A stretch of 64,000 nt of DNA from positions 1 through 64,000 of the IMG/VR virus record IMGVR_UViG_2933096044_000001; one strand, given 5' to 3'. The stretch is from a virus. Lineage: Duplodnaviria; Caudoviricetes. Position numbers and translations under genes: made by a program. Shown here piece after piece: positions 1 through 9,355 of the stretch (position 1 is its first letter; every line of letters begins with the position of its first letter). Below the pieces are notes generated by a model, which saw nothing but the letters and a program-made list of their open reading frames with translations, was not told the origin of the DNA and did no database searches.

Positions 1-78
1 GTGCGTTCCGTGCCATACGCGTTCCGCCGTTCCCGTTCCCGGGAGAAGACACAGGTGGGGGCCTGATCTTGAAGGGGT

Positions 79-122
79 CTCCGGAGCCGGGTGCGCAGGT
101 TCGAATCCTGCAGGGGGCACCA
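79..122 (+). mobile_element. att core: 3' half of tRNA-Arg(CCG), anticodon loop to CCA; not an intact tRNA
   Basis: ctCCGga-gccgggtgcgcaggttcgaatcctgcagggggcacca has the anticodon loop, T-arm (GTTCGAATC) and CCA. Upstream sequence has no D-arm or 5' acceptor strand. The integrase ends 130 bp away. Confidence 0.85.
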
Positions 123-131
123 TCTCGACAG

Positions 132-162
132 CCAGGTCAGACGTCGTCTGACCTGGCTTTTT
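132..162 (+). terminator. intrinsic terminator after the tRNA 3' end
   Basis: ccaggtcagacg/cgtctgacctgg inverted repeat followed by a T-run. Confidence 0.6.
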
Positions 163-251
163 GCATGTTTCCGTGATCATCAGCTCTTGCCATCCTGCGA
201 CACCATTCGGCACGTTGAGACGACTTCCGCGTGCCGTACGCGTTCCCTTGA

Positions 252-1622
252 TCATCCGCTGTCCTCTCGGGCGCGGTTCATGCGCTCGATCCACACCTCG
301 TCGTATCCGGCCATGCAGCGGTGGTAGATCCGCTGCAGGACCTCCACGCTGTGCCCGGCCCATTCGGCCACCTGAGCCGCGGGCACCCCAGCGGATAACC
401 GCCAGGTGACGCCCGCGTGCCGCAAGTCGTACGGCTTGCCCATCAACGGGGTGGCGAGCTCCTCGGGTGTGAGCGCGAGCGCGCGGACCTTCTTCCATAA
501 CCGTGAGTAGGTGGACTTCGGGACCGGACGTCCGCTCTCGGAGCGGAACAACCGGCCGTCCTCGGCCACCCCGAACCGGGCAATGTGCTCGCGTAATAAC
601 GTCACCAGCTCGGGCGAGATCGGCACCACCCGGACGGTCTTCTTCGACCGCCCCTTCAGAGAGCGGTCGTCGTGCAGTTCGCCGCTGTCGGTGTAGTCCT
701 TGCCGACCTCGGGCTTGGACGCCTCCAGGATGAGCTTCCCCCATCCCGACTCCGGCAGGTGGCAGTCCGCCCTTCGCAGCCGGCTCACCTCGGCCGGGCG
801 CATCATCGCGTAGTACATGCAGCCGAAGAAGGCCACGAAGCGCCTGCCCTGGCGGCGTCCGACATAGCTGCACGCGGTGAGCGCTTCGGCGATCTGACGC
901 GGGTTACCCACCGCGCGGGGATCAACGGCGTCATCGACGTCGGGCTGAGCCCAGTCGCTCCTCAGCGCCTTGTCGTCGAGCGGGTTCGCTCCTAGCCGTT
1001 CCTCAACAACGGCGTATCGCAGTGAGTTGTAGAAGATGCGGCGGCGGCGCCGGTAGTACTCCGGTGAGGCTTCTTTGCCGTCGAGTTGCGTGGCGCAGGC
1101 ATCGAGGGCGTTGGCGACGATCTTGCGTTCGGTCAGCGCGGCCAGCGGCAGGGAAGCCCTGTGCAGCCACCGCAGTGCCGCCTGTACGTCGCTTGGCCGT
1201 TCCTCCTCGGGCCGGGACTGGATGAACGCCCATCGCAGGGCGTCGCGCAGCGTCTCAGGGTCGGGCGCGCCGCGCAGATTGCGGGCCAGGACCGGCGTCA
1301 CGGCAATCATGCTTTCGACGATGGAGCGCCGGGAGTTGGCGGACGCTTTCGGCCACTTCTTGGCGACGTAGTCGAGCGCGTGCTGAAACCAGGTGATGTC
1401 CTGGTCTTCCCGATGCATCGACTCCGGGAGCCCCGTCTCGGTGTCGAACGCCTCGCCCTTCCGGGCGGCGGCCATGAGTTCGGAGCGGCGAGAGTCCGCC
1501 AGGCCGTGGGTGGTGAACGACTCATTGAACACCTTGCCCTCGACGACCCATCGGAGCATGAACGGCGCACGCTTGCCCTTGCGGACCGTGATCTTCCAGA
1601 AGCGGACGTTGTAGCTCTTCAC
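252..1622 (-). CDS. int: tyrosine integrase (AICE/actinophage type)
   Basis: Catalytic motifs MRPAEV, YDLRHAG, WAGHS...IY. GTG at 1622 overlaps the xis stop (GTGA); the ORF-track start at 1790 is probably too long. Confidence 0.92.
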   Translation of the reverse strand: MKSYNVRFWKITVRKGKRAPFMLRWVVEGKVFNESFTTHGLADSRRSELMAAARKGEAFDTETGLPESMHREDQDITWFQHALDYVAKKWPKASANSRRSIVESMIAVTPVLARNLRGAPDPETLRDALRWAFIQSRPEEERPSDVQAALRWLHRASLPLAALTERKIVANALDACATQLDGKEASPEYYRRRRRIFYNSLRYAVVEERLGANPLDDKALRSDWAQPDVDDAVDPRAVGNPRQIAEALTACSYVGRRQGRRFVAFFGCMYYAMMRPAEVSRLRRADCHLPESGWGKLILEASKPEVGKDYTDSGELHDDRSLKGRSKKTVRVVPISPELVTLLREHIARFGVAEDGRLFRSESGRPVPKSTYSRLWKKVRALALTPEELATPLMGKPYDLRHAGVTWRLSAGVPAAQVAEWAGHSVEVLQRIYHRCMAGYDEVWIERMNRAREDSG

Positions 1623-1873
1623 GCCTGCTCCTGGTTGTCGAGCCACTCCTGCAGCCACTCCGGGCGGATGCGGTAGGGACCGTTGCCGGGTAGCCGGATC
1701 GAGCGCGGAGCCTGGCCTCTCTCCTGCCACCGGTCCCAGGTGCGGCGGGACACCTTCAGCTTCGTGCACACCTCGTCGAGGGTCAGCCATTCCTCGTCAC
1801 TGCTGGATCTGATCGAGCTGCTGGCCTTGGTCCTGGCTGCGGTGCGACGCGTGGACCTGCTTGTGCGCGCCAT
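1619..1873 (-). CDS. xis: excisionase / AlpA-MerR-like HTH
   Basis: WLTLDEVCTKLKVSRRTWDRW...PRSIRLPG; AGGAG-type RBS; coupled to int. Confidence 0.85.
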   Translation of the reverse strand: MARTSRSTRRTAARTKASSSIRSSSDEEWLTLDEVCTKLKVSRRTWDRWQERGQAPRSIRLPGNGPYRIRPEWLQEWLDNQEQA

Positions 1874-2166
1874 GATAGGAGCGCTCCTTCCCTTGTCGTA
1901 TGGACGGGTTGGGAGTGCGGCCCCGGGCGGTGTGCTGGCAGGCGTTCGCCCGGGGTCGCCTTTGCTGGTCAGAGGGGACTGTTCCGGCTGGATGTCTAGA
2001 GTGGCGCGCGAGGCGCTATTGTCTCGCTTGTCATCTCAGTCGTTACATCCGTTACGCGGACACGGTAGCGCAATGTGTCGTTTTGTCCAGCATGCAACGA
2101 CAAGTCACGTCAAGGCTTCTATATGCAGATAAGGCATATGTGTCTTATTTGTCGCAAATGACGGTC

Positions 2167-2454
2167 TTAGTAATCCCAGGTCAGCCACGCCACCAGCACC
2201 AGCGCCGACCCCACCAGCGCTGACGCCCAGCCCTCACCCCATGTCAGCGCCGCCAGGAGCCACGACGATGTGACTGTCAAGGTCACAGGCAGGAGACGAG
2301 CCCCCACCGTCAGCAAAGGCACCAGCGCCGACGACAGCAGGGCCGCAGCAGGTAACACCAGGGCCAGGTCAGGGCTCACTCCCGCAGCACCCGCCGCAGC
2401 CTGCCAGGAGCACAACCACGCCAGCATGATCAGCGACCGTGCCGCCGTACCCAC
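2167..2454 (-). CDS. small multi-TM membrane protein
   Basis: 95 aa, very hydrophobic, directly follows the TraB-like gene. Confidence 0.6.
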   Translation of the reverse strand: MGTAARSLIMLAWLCSWQAAAGAAGVSPDLALVLPAAALLSSALVPLLTVGARLLPVTLTVTSSWLLAALTWGEGWASALVGSALVLVAWLTWDY

Positions 2455-4403
2455 TACGCCACCCGCCTTCGGTCCGCGATCACGTACCGGTCACCGGCCC
2501 TGCATGCTTGGCCCTGCTCCACCAGCGACCCGGCCACCCTGAACGCCACCGGCAGCGCCAGCCCCGACCGCGACACCAACTCCGGCCCGGCCAGCCCCGC
2601 CTCGCCAGCGGCGGCCAGCAGCGACAGCACCTTCTCCTGCGCCGCGGCGACGTCGGCCTGCGCGAGGCCCGGCATCTGCGCGGGCACGTCGAGGTCGACC
2701 ACGTCGGCCGCTGCGATCGCGGGCGCGCGGCGGCCCTGGCCGCCCTTCTTCCGCGACGCCGGCGCGGCGTCGTCCGCGAGCGCGACCTTCGGCAGCTTCA
2801 CCGTCATCGCGGGCACGCCTCGCATGACCGCGCCCATCTTCGGGATGTGGCGGGCGCGCATCATCACCGGCCGGTCAGTCGCGCCCAGCAGGTAGCCGCA
2901 TCCCTTCGTCGACGCCCGCGAAGCCGGGAAGTACAGCTTGATCAGGTGCGGGTACGCCGTCATCCGCTCCCCGAACGTGGCCGACGCGATCCGGCGGTCG
3001 GAGACCCGCATCACCACGACGTTGCCCGCCGTGACCAGGGAGAGGATGTCGCCGCCGCCCATCCCGCCGACGTACACGTTCTGGTCCAACGTCCACACCG
3101 TCATGCCGCACTTGCTGCCTTCGGCGAGGATGTCGTGCACGATCGTGGCCAGGTCCTCGTGCCGCGCCACCAGGTGCCATTCGTCGATGGCGATGATCAG
3201 CAGAGGGAAGCCGTGCACGCCCGGGTGGTCGTACGACTGCACGCCGTGGTGCAGGTCGCCGTCCTCATCGGTCCACTCGACTTTCGACAGCAGCGCGCGG
3301 CGGCGCTGCATCTCGGCCTGGTAGGCGTACAGCCGCTCGCGGATAGCGTCGATGCCGAGCGCGTGCGGCACGTACGGCAGCAGAGCCGGGCAGCTCTGCC
3401 CGTCCTGCGGGTCGAGGTAGTCGAGCACGATCCGGCCCTCGGTGCGGGCGAACTCCGCAGCGGCGATCTTCAAGATGGAGCTCTTGCCGCTGCGCATCGC
3501 GCCGAAGATCCCGACCGGCAGTGGGCCGCTGCCCGGCTCCCACACCTGCAGACAGGCGTCACCCCAGCCGTCCTCGAACGGGCCGATCGGCAGGATCCCG
3601 GTGTCGAGGTTGAGCAGCGGCTTAGTCCACAGCTCCGGCTCCACGACGGCCAGCGTCTTGAGGAACGTCGCCATCGCGGCGTTCTGCGCGCCGTCGTCCG
3701 GCTCTTCCATGTGCACGTAGTTGATCGCCTTGCCGAAGTCGGAGCAGACCCGCTTGCGCGCCTGCATGGCGTCCTCGGTCGTCTGCCCGTCCAGCACCAC
3801 CCGGTAGCGGACCCCTTCGGCGCCGCCGCGCACGAACTCCTCGCGGTTCGTCAGCTTCGAGTCGGCGAGTGCGCCCCTCCTGCCCGCGGTCTTCTGCGCC
3901 CAGCGGATCACGATCGGGTCGGCCGCCTCCAGCTCCTTCGCCCGCGCTGCCTCCAGCGCACGGCGCTTACGCTCCGGCCGCGTGATGTAGCCGCGGTTTC
4001 GCCACACGAACGGAACCGTCCACAGACCGGCCGCCGCGAAGTACACGCTCTGCATCAGCCCGGTCGCGCCCACCTCGGCCGCGACCGGCAGCCACATGCC
4101 CGCGCCGGCCTGCCACCAGCGCCCCGCGAGGAGCTTGCGCGTGCTCGGGAACAGGGTGCGCACCGTCGCCGCCGCGGCGTAGACAGCGGCCTCACCAGCG
4201 AGGACCTGCCAGGCGGGCACGTCGCCCAGGTGCAGGGCCGCTCCCGTCCCCCACACGCCAGCGACGGTGGCGTGCGGGGCGACGGCGCGGCGGTAGCGGT
4301 GGGCGGCCTTCTTCGCGACCGCCCTGGCGGCCCAGGCCAGGGCCTGCGTCTGCTCGTCCTGCTCCTGTTCGGGCTGCAGGTCGGGCGTGGTGCGGCGAGC
4401 CAC
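2454..4403 (-). CDS. traB: FtsK/SpoIIIE-family conjugative DNA translocase (TraB-like)
   Basis: N-terminal TM segments, Walker A GAMRSGKS, Walker B LIIAIDEWH, C-terminal winged-helix-like region; AICE context. Confidence 0.78.
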   Translation of the reverse strand: MARRTTPDLQPEQEQDEQTQALAWAARAVAKKAAHRYRRAVAPHATVAGVWGTGAALHLGDVPAWQVLAGEAAVYAAAATVRTLFPSTRKLLAGRWWQAGAGMWLPVAAEVGATGLMQSVYFAAAGLWTVPFVWRNRGYITRPERKRRALEAARAKELEAADPIVIRWAQKTAGRRGALADSKLTNREEFVRGGAEGVRYRVVLDGQTTEDAMQARKRVCSDFGKAINYVHMEEPDDGAQNAAMATFLKTLAVVEPELWTKPLLNLDTGILPIGPFEDGWGDACLQVWEPGSGPLPVGIFGAMRSGKSSILKIAAAEFARTEGRIVLDYLDPQDGQSCPALLPYVPHALGIDAIRERLYAYQAEMQRRRALLSKVEWTDEDGDLHHGVQSYDHPGVHGFPLLIIAIDEWHLVARHEDLATIVHDILAEGSKCGMTVWTLDQNVYVGGMGGGDILSLVTAGNVVVMRVSDRRIASATFGERMTAYPHLIKLYFPASRASTKGCGYLLGATDRPVMMRARHIPKMGAVMRGVPAMTVKLPKVALADDAAPASRKKGGQGRRAPAIAAADVVDLDVPAQMPGLAQADVAAAQEKVLSLLAAAGEAGLAGPELVSRSGLALPVAFRVAGSLVEQGQACRAGDRYVIADRRRVA

Positions 4404-4412
4404 GTGGTGCTC

Positions 4413-5369
4413 CTAGTTCTCGTAGAAGGTCATGCGGCGGACCACCTTGACCGGCGCGGACTTCACGGAGCGGGCGATGTCTCCGTGGCCGTTGTCGAGC
4501 GCCGAGATAACGGCCGCTACGGCTGGCTGGGCGCCGCCGCACGCGATCACCACGTCGGCGGTGTGGCGGGTAGCGATAGCAGCCGCGTTCGCTTCCTGCT
4601 CGGCCTGGGCGAGGACTTCCCACATGCGAGTGATCGTCCGGTTGTCCAGGCCGTCCGCCTGCACGGCTTGGAACGCCTGCAGTGCGAGGGCGTACTTGTT
4701 GCGAGCGCGGGCGGCGACGTCCATCGCGTCGTCGTGCACGTTGCGTGCGTCCGTCTCGAGAACGCCCGACGCTCTGAAGAAGGCCCGCAGCCAGTTCATG
4801 AATCTGTCAAAACCGCCCGTGGCCAGCGCCTCCTGGAGTTGGGGGACGGTGGGCAAAGGGGTGACAGTGCCATTACCGGCAGGCACGAGGGGGGCCTGCG
4901 ACATGTCGATCCCTTCGAGTTCCACAGCAGGTGCGGGGTTGTGAACCTGGTCGTCGAGCCGCTTTGTCTCCACCGCCGACGGCTCGGCCGGGCGTGACCG
5001 TGCGACGGTGATCTCGATCTTCGGCGGGGAAGGTGGGGCGACAGCGGGACGAGCAGGCTCCGGAGGCGGCGGAGTGTGCGGTCGGACCTGCTCAACAACG
5101 ATGGGTTCGACCGGCCGCGACTCGTCGCGAGCCTCGCCGTCCTGTCGTTCAGCGACGCCGCGCGGCGCGGCGTCGCGTGCGGGCTTGGCTGGCCCGAGGG
5201 CACGCTTGACCCAGGCGATCGCGACGCGAGCCCAAATCTGCTCGACTTTGTACTCGGTAGGCTCTGCGGGCTGGTCTGGCTCCGGCTTTCGGAAGAAGAA
5301 CCAGCCGCCGACGATGAACAGCGCGAACGCCACGATCACGGCGAGCACCGCGAGTAGGGCGTCGCTCAT
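4413..5369 (-). CDS. membrane-anchored protein with Pro-rich linker and helical C-terminus (transfer accessory)
   Basis: Start MSDALLAV, coupled to the upstream stop; N-terminal TM helix. Confidence 0.6.
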   Translation of the reverse strand: MSDALLAVLAVIVAFALFIVGGWFFFRKPEPDQPAEPTEYKVEQIWARVAIAWVKRALGPAKPARDAAPRGVAERQDGEARDESRPVEPIVVEQVRPHTPPPPEPARPAVAPPSPPKIEITVARSRPAEPSAVETKRLDDQVHNPAPAVELEGIDMSQAPLVPAGNGTVTPLPTVPQLQEALATGGFDRFMNWLRAFFRASGVLETDARNVHDDAMDVAARARNKYALALQAFQAVQADGLDNRTITRMWEVLAQAEQEANAAAIATRHTADVVIACGGAQPAVAAVISALDNGHGDIARSVKSAPVKVVRRMTFYEN

Positions 5370-5815
5370 GACCAGTTCTCCACAGCCTGGCGCATGACCT
5401 CGACGGTGAACTCGTCGTACGCGACGGGTCCCCAGACTGAGCCGAACGCGATCCCGCCGAAGATCCACAGGACGGAGCAGGCCACGAAGGTGGGCATGTC
5501 GGGCTTGGCGTCCTTCGCGATGTCCTTCACAACGGCTCCGGCGAGGAACGCGAACGCAGCGGCGAGCAGGAAGAGAACAACCGAGCCGACGAGGGTCGCG
5601 ATCGAACCGCGCGTGGCCATTTCCACGAGCAGCGCTCCGACGTTCACGAACAGGCGACCGGTCGGCAGCAGGAACATGCTGGCCGAGAACATCACCAGCA
5701 GGAGGACGGCGATCACGCCGAGTGGCTTGCCGGGCAGCTTGTCCTTCTTGCGGACGCCCGCGAAGACCCAGCCGAGGCCGAATGAGAAGCCACCGCCGAG
5801 AACAAGAGCGATCAT
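5366..5815 (-). CDS. integral membrane protein (Spd-like candidate)
   Basis: Start MIALVLGG; about 4 TM segments. Confidence 0.6.
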   Translation of the reverse strand: MIALVLGGGFSFGLGWVFAGVRKKDKLPGKPLGVIAVLLLVMFSASMFLLPTGRLFVNVGALLVEMATRGSIATLVGSVVLFLLAAAFAFLAGAVVKDIAKDAKPDMPTFVACSVLWIFGGIAFGSVWGPVAYDEFTVEVMRQAVENWS

Positions 5816-5829
5816 GAGGGGTTTGCCTT

Positions 5830-6369
5830 TCAGAGCAGAGCTGGCAGGAGGGGAAGGAAGATCATCAGCAGGTAGGACCAGACCGTGATCGGGCCCCAGA
5901 ACTTCAGGCCGGGCCAGCAGGCGGCGGACCAGGCGGCGACCCACACGCGAGAAAACCCGGACAAGGACTTGAGCGGCGGGAGCTGCGCGCGGCATAGGCC
6001 AGGGAGGCCCTCCTCGCGGAAGCGGCGCCAGCGTCGGCGGGAGTCGCCCGCGCCGAGAAACGCGATCGAGGTGCACACGAAGCACCAGCAGACGGCGAAG
6101 ACGCCATGCACCCGCGCGAACCAGTCGAGCAGCCCGGCCTCGAACGGCACGTACTCGCGCTCGCGGTGGTAGGCGCGCACCGTCGCGACCGAGGGCAGCC
6201 GCGCTGTGCGCACGCCGCGCATCCGAGCCCGCTGCTCCAGAACCTCGATCCAGGAGGGCCGCGCCGGCGCGACCGCGGGGGCGGAGCCGACTGCGGGGGC
6301 AGGCTGCTCGGCGGTCTTCGCGGGCTGCTCCGGCGGCAAGCCCTCGGGCGAGACGAAGGAGAACGTCAT
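5830..6369 (-). CDS. membrane protein
   Basis: Start MTFSFVSP coupled to the upstream stop; hydrophobic C-terminal half. Confidence 0.55.
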   Translation of the reverse strand: MTFSFVSPEGLPPEQPAKTAEQPAPAVGSAPAVAPARPSWIEVLEQRARMRGVRTARLPSVATVRAYHREREYVPFEAGLLDWFARVHGVFAVCWCFVCTSIAFLGAGDSRRRWRRFREEGLPGLCRAQLPPLKSLSGFSRVWVAAWSAACWPGLKFWGPITVWSYLLMIFLPLLPALL

Positions 6370-6746
6370 ATCGTCCGCCTCTCGGCGTCCTCGGTGTTGA
6401 GCTTCTCGGCCATCGCGCGGGTCTGCGTGCTCAAGTCCGTTGCGATGGTCGCGGCCCGCCCTGGGTCGTGCTCGGCGAGCTGCTTCAGCTCCGACGTCAG
6501 CCACTCGGCCGCCCGGAGGAACTCCGTCCACGGGTGGCGGGCGGCGGCGATCCGCTGCTCGGCGTACCGGTGGCGGTTGGACGCGGCCACTGCCCCTCCT
6601 TGATCACGAAGTGTGAGCGTGTTACGGTGCCCCTCGCGCGCGCCGCGCGCGGCGCGCGGCGCGCCCGCGCGTTGGGACTCCCGCTCGGACGACCCGAGGC
6701 CGTTCTGCGGCGGCACCCACACCTGTGCGTGGTCACGAACAGTCAC
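6366..6746 (-). CDS. hypothetical protein (alternative start 6590)
   Basis: GTGA coupling at 6746; strong AGGAGG before the GTG at 6590; helical C-terminus. Confidence 0.5.
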   Translation of the reverse strand: MTVRDHAQVWVPPQNGLGSSERESQRAGAPRAARGAREGHRNTLTLRDQGGAVAASNRHRYAEQRIAAARHPWTEFLRAAEWLTSELKQLAEHDPGRAATIATDLSTQTRAMAEKLNTEDAERRTI

Positions 6747-7129
6747 GACGCCTCCTCGGCGCAGGCCCGCGCGAACGCGTCCCAATCCGGCTCGCGAGCG
6801 ATCTCCGGCAGCGACTCCAGGTGCCACGCAAGGAGCGCTCGCGGCACCCGGAGCGCGACCGGCTCGGCGGTGCGCAGGTCCCAGCGCACGAACTCCTCGT
6901 CCAGAGGCCAAGCGGCCAGCGCCCCACACTCCGCGCGCCTGATCAGGCCCTCGGTGAGCACGTCCAGCGGCGCGTCCACACCGAGCTGGCGCTCGACCGC
7001 GAGCCGGACGAGGTACGGGCTGTCGGCGCGGAACGCCGCCTCGACCATGACGACGGTGGGGATGTCGGCGAGGTGGTCCCAGGTGGGGATCGGCATGTGA
7101 CGGACCACGATCCCGTTGAGGGCGGTCAT
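6743..7129 (-). CDS. hypothetical protein
   Basis: ATGA-coupled ORF in the operon, normal composition. Confidence 0.65.
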   Translation of the reverse strand: MTALNGIVVRHMPIPTWDHLADIPTVVMVEAAFRADSPYLVRLAVERQLGVDAPLDVLTEGLIRRAECGALAAWPLDEEFVRWDLRTAEPVALRVPRALLAWHLESLPEIAREPDWDAFARACAEEAS

Positions 7130-8646
7130 GCTGCGTCTCCTGTCGCGGTGGCACGTTCATCAGTGCGGCCCGATGTCTTGGTCCGGTCGCCGGGCCCGTC
7201 CCGTGGTCCGGTCCGTGGTCCGGTCGCGCCGCCGCGGTGGCCGGGCCGCGGGTCCGGTTGGTCCGGTCCGGAAAGAAGCCCCATCAGGTCGGTGGCGACC
7301 TGCGTCGAGGCGCTCTGCCCCGCTTCGCGAAGCGCAGCCTGGAGCCTGCGGCGGGTGAGCTTCTGTCCCTCTCGCTTGAGCCGGCCCGCGATCGTCCGGC
7401 CCAGCGGCAGCAGCTCGTTCACCCGGTCCGCCGAACCGGTCGTGCTGCTGCGTACGGGCTTCTTGTTGGTCCGCTTGGTCCGGTCACGTGACCCCGGAGC
7501 GGGAAGGGCGTCGGCGGGCTTCTGGTCCGGTCGGTCCGGCGCGGGGACCGGACCAGCGGGCCGCCGCGCGGTCCGCTTCCTGGTCCGGTTCTTGGTCCGA
7601 ACCATCTCCCGGTAGCGGGTCCGGAGCCTGGTCCGGTAGCGGGGGCGGTGCTCGCTCTCCGGAGTCGGTTCCTGGTCCGCTGGTACGGTCTGCGGCTCCT
7701 CCGCCGCGACGGCCGGACCAAGCGGCGGCCGGTATCGCGGCACCAGACCTGCGCCCACCGAGTTGATGAACACGGCCGCGTCGTGCATGGCCTTCTCCGC
7801 GTCCGGCCGAAGGCCGCGGGTCTCCTCCGCGAGCGCCGCCATCCGGGTCAGCGTGAGCTGAAGCTGTGACCGCTGAGAGGCGATCACCGCGCCCTGCGCC
7901 TGGACGACCGACCGCCACGTCATGTCCACGCGGCGGGCCTGGCGCACGACCTGGACGGCGACGGTCGGAGACTGCTCGCCCTCACCGACCGCCCACCGGA
8001 ACGCGGCGAACGTCTCCGGCAAGTGCAGCAGCCAGCGCATCGGCGAGAACTTGGGCGCTCTCGGATCGATCAGGCCCTTGTCCCGCAGGTCCTTGCGGTG
8101 CAAGTGGCGCGAGTGCATGCTCCACAGCCACGGGCTTGCCAGAGAGCAGGCGGCGAACAGCTCTGGCACGAGCGGCACGTGCGTGTAGTTGAGGTAGCCC
8201 GCGCCAGCGCCGATAAGGTACGACGTCATCCGCGTGCGCCAGGCCGAGTCGCCCTCCCGCAAGGCGACGTGCGCGTGCCACGAGACGTAGACGGCGACGG
8301 ACTCGACGATCGCGGCGCCGAGCACGGCCAGCAGCACCGGCCAGCCCAGCTCGTGGAACACGAGGAACTGGCCGGCCACCGCGACGATGTTGACGCCGAC
8401 GTTCGTCACGCTCATGACCATCAGGCGGCCCGCTGCCTGCAAGCGGGTCTTCCACCGCTCGCGCGCCTGCTCGCGTTTACGAGCGCGGTCGCTGCGGGCG
8501 GTTTCGTTGCGTTCGCGCTGGTCGACCTCGGCCGCCCGCGCGTCAGCGCGCCGGGCCTCGCTGGCCAGGCGGCGGCGCTGGATCCGGAGTCGCTCGGCTT
8601 CGAGAGCCCGCTTCTCCTTCTCCGGGTCGGCCTTAAATAGCACCAT
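7126..8646 (-). CDS. DUF2637/SpdB-like membrane protein with coiled coil and low-complexity C-terminus
   Basis: N-terminal coiled coil, about 4 TM segments, GLIDPRAPKFSPMRWLLH motif; AGGAGAG RBS. Confidence 0.7.
   Translation of the reverse strand: MVLFKADPEKEKRALEAERLRIQRRRLASEARRADARAAEVDQRERNETARSDRARKREQARERWKTRLQAAGRLMVMSVTNVGVNIVAVAGQFLVFHELGWPVLLAVLGAAIVESVAVYVSWHAHVALREGDSAWRTRMTSYLIGAGAGYLNYTHVPLVPELFAACSLASPWLWSMHSRHLHRKDLRDKGLIDPRAPKFSPMRWLLHLPETFAAFRWAVGEGEQSPTVAVQVVRQARRVDMTWRSVVQAQGAVIASQRSQLQLTLTRMAALAEETRGLRPDAEKAMHDAAVFINSVGAGLVPRYRPPLGPAVAAEEPQTVPADQEPTPESEHRPRYRTRLRTRYREMVRTKNRTRKRTARRPAGPVPAPDRPDQKPADALPAPGSRDRTKRTNKKPVRSSTTGSADRVNELLPLGRTIAGRLKREGQKLTRRRLQAALREAGQSASTQVATDLMGLLSGPDQPDPRPGHRGGATGPRTGPRDGPGDRTKTSGRTDERATATGDAA
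7179..7720 (+). repeat. cluster of TGGTCCGGT direct repeats (candidate clt / TraB recognition sequences)
   Basis: Exact 9-mers at 7179, 7204, 7216, 7259, 7476, 7523, 7581, 7629, plus about 8 variants and inverted copies at 7548 and 7713. Confidence 0.7.
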
Positions 8647-8939
8647 CAGAGCTCTCCTATTTCGCTTGCGATACCGCTGGCGTTATATGATCGCTCGCTG
8701 GAATTATGAGCATGATCAAAACACAGCCGCGCATGCTGGATGGCCGCGCCTGCGTCACCGCGCACCTTGGACACGCCGCAGGCGAAGCACTCGAACACGC
8801 CAAGCGATGTCAGCGCGGGGCAGGCGTTAAGCCGCACCGCTTCCCAGGCCACGCTGCCGTAGACACGGATCACACCGTGCCAGCCGTACGCGAGCAGGTG
8901 ACACGCGCCACCATCTGGGGCGACATGCGCCGCGGTCAC
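8646..8939 (-). CDS. small Cys/His-rich hypothetical protein
   Basis: Coupled at both ends (GTGA, TGATG); CxxC...H..C. Confidence 0.45.
   Translation of the reverse strand: MTAAHVAPDGGACHLLAYGWHGVIRVYGSVAWEAVRLNACPALTSLGVFECFACGVSKVRGDAGAAIQHARLCFDHAHNSSERSYNASGIASEIGEL
8663..8682. promoter_or_regulatory. palindromic element copy 1 (cgcttgcg-atac-cgctggcg)
   Basis: Just upstream of the RBS of the 7126-8646 gene; 23/24 identical to the copy before terS. Confidence 0.65.
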
Positions 8940-9355
8940 GCCGCACTCCTGGCAGACTCCGCTTTGCGTTTGATCGCCTCGGCCTTAAGTGCTTCCACCA
9001 GCGCTTTGACCTGCTTGGACCGTTCGGAACCGAGAACGCCGCCGCGCGCACCGTGCAGACTGTGGACCGACCCGCCGTAGACGTAGATGGACAGCGCCTC
9101 CTCGATGACGGTCACCCGGAGGCACTCGTCGCGCACCGTGCACGGCTCACACAGAAGACGAGCCTTGCGCCGCGTCAGGCCCTGCGCCACCCAGCGGTCA
9201 TCGTGACTGCCAGCGCAGATGCCGCTCTCGCTGACCCTTTCGGTCAAGCTGCGAGCCTCGGCGCATAGCCGATGCTCCAGTGGCGGGGCCAACGTGGACG
9301 ACTTGGCGTGCTCGTGGCCAGCGCTCGTGTCGGACGAGGTCAGGCTGGTGCTCAT
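8936..9355 (-). CDS. WhiB-family Fe-S transcription factor (divergent)
   Basis: C...CEPC-x5-C spacing, with GARGG in place of G[VI]WGG. Confidence 0.65.
   Translation of the reverse strand: MSTSLTSSDTSAGHEHAKSSTLAPPLEHRLCAEARSLTERVSESGICAGSHDDRWVAQGLTRRKARLLCEPCTVRDECLRVTVIEEALSIYVYGGSVHSLHGARGGVLGSERSKQVKALVEALKAEAIKRKAESARSAA

Larger units (their letters stand above)
9..246 (+). repeat. 17-bp direct repeat flanking the att core (candidate integrase arm sites)
   Basis: cgtgccatacgcgttcc at 9-25 and cgtgccgtacgcgttcc at 230-246 (16/17 identical). Confidence 0.6.

Noticed and set aside
45-122. Intact tRNA gene
   Set aside because: Only the anticodon loop to CCA is present; upstream bases cannot form the D-arm or acceptor stem.
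2439-4997. 852-aa plus-strand ORF
   Set aside because: Antisense shadow of traB in high-GC DNA; Arg/His-rich with no motifs.
7179-7720. CRISPR array
   Set aside because: Repeats are 9 bp with irregular spacing; no cas genes in the window.
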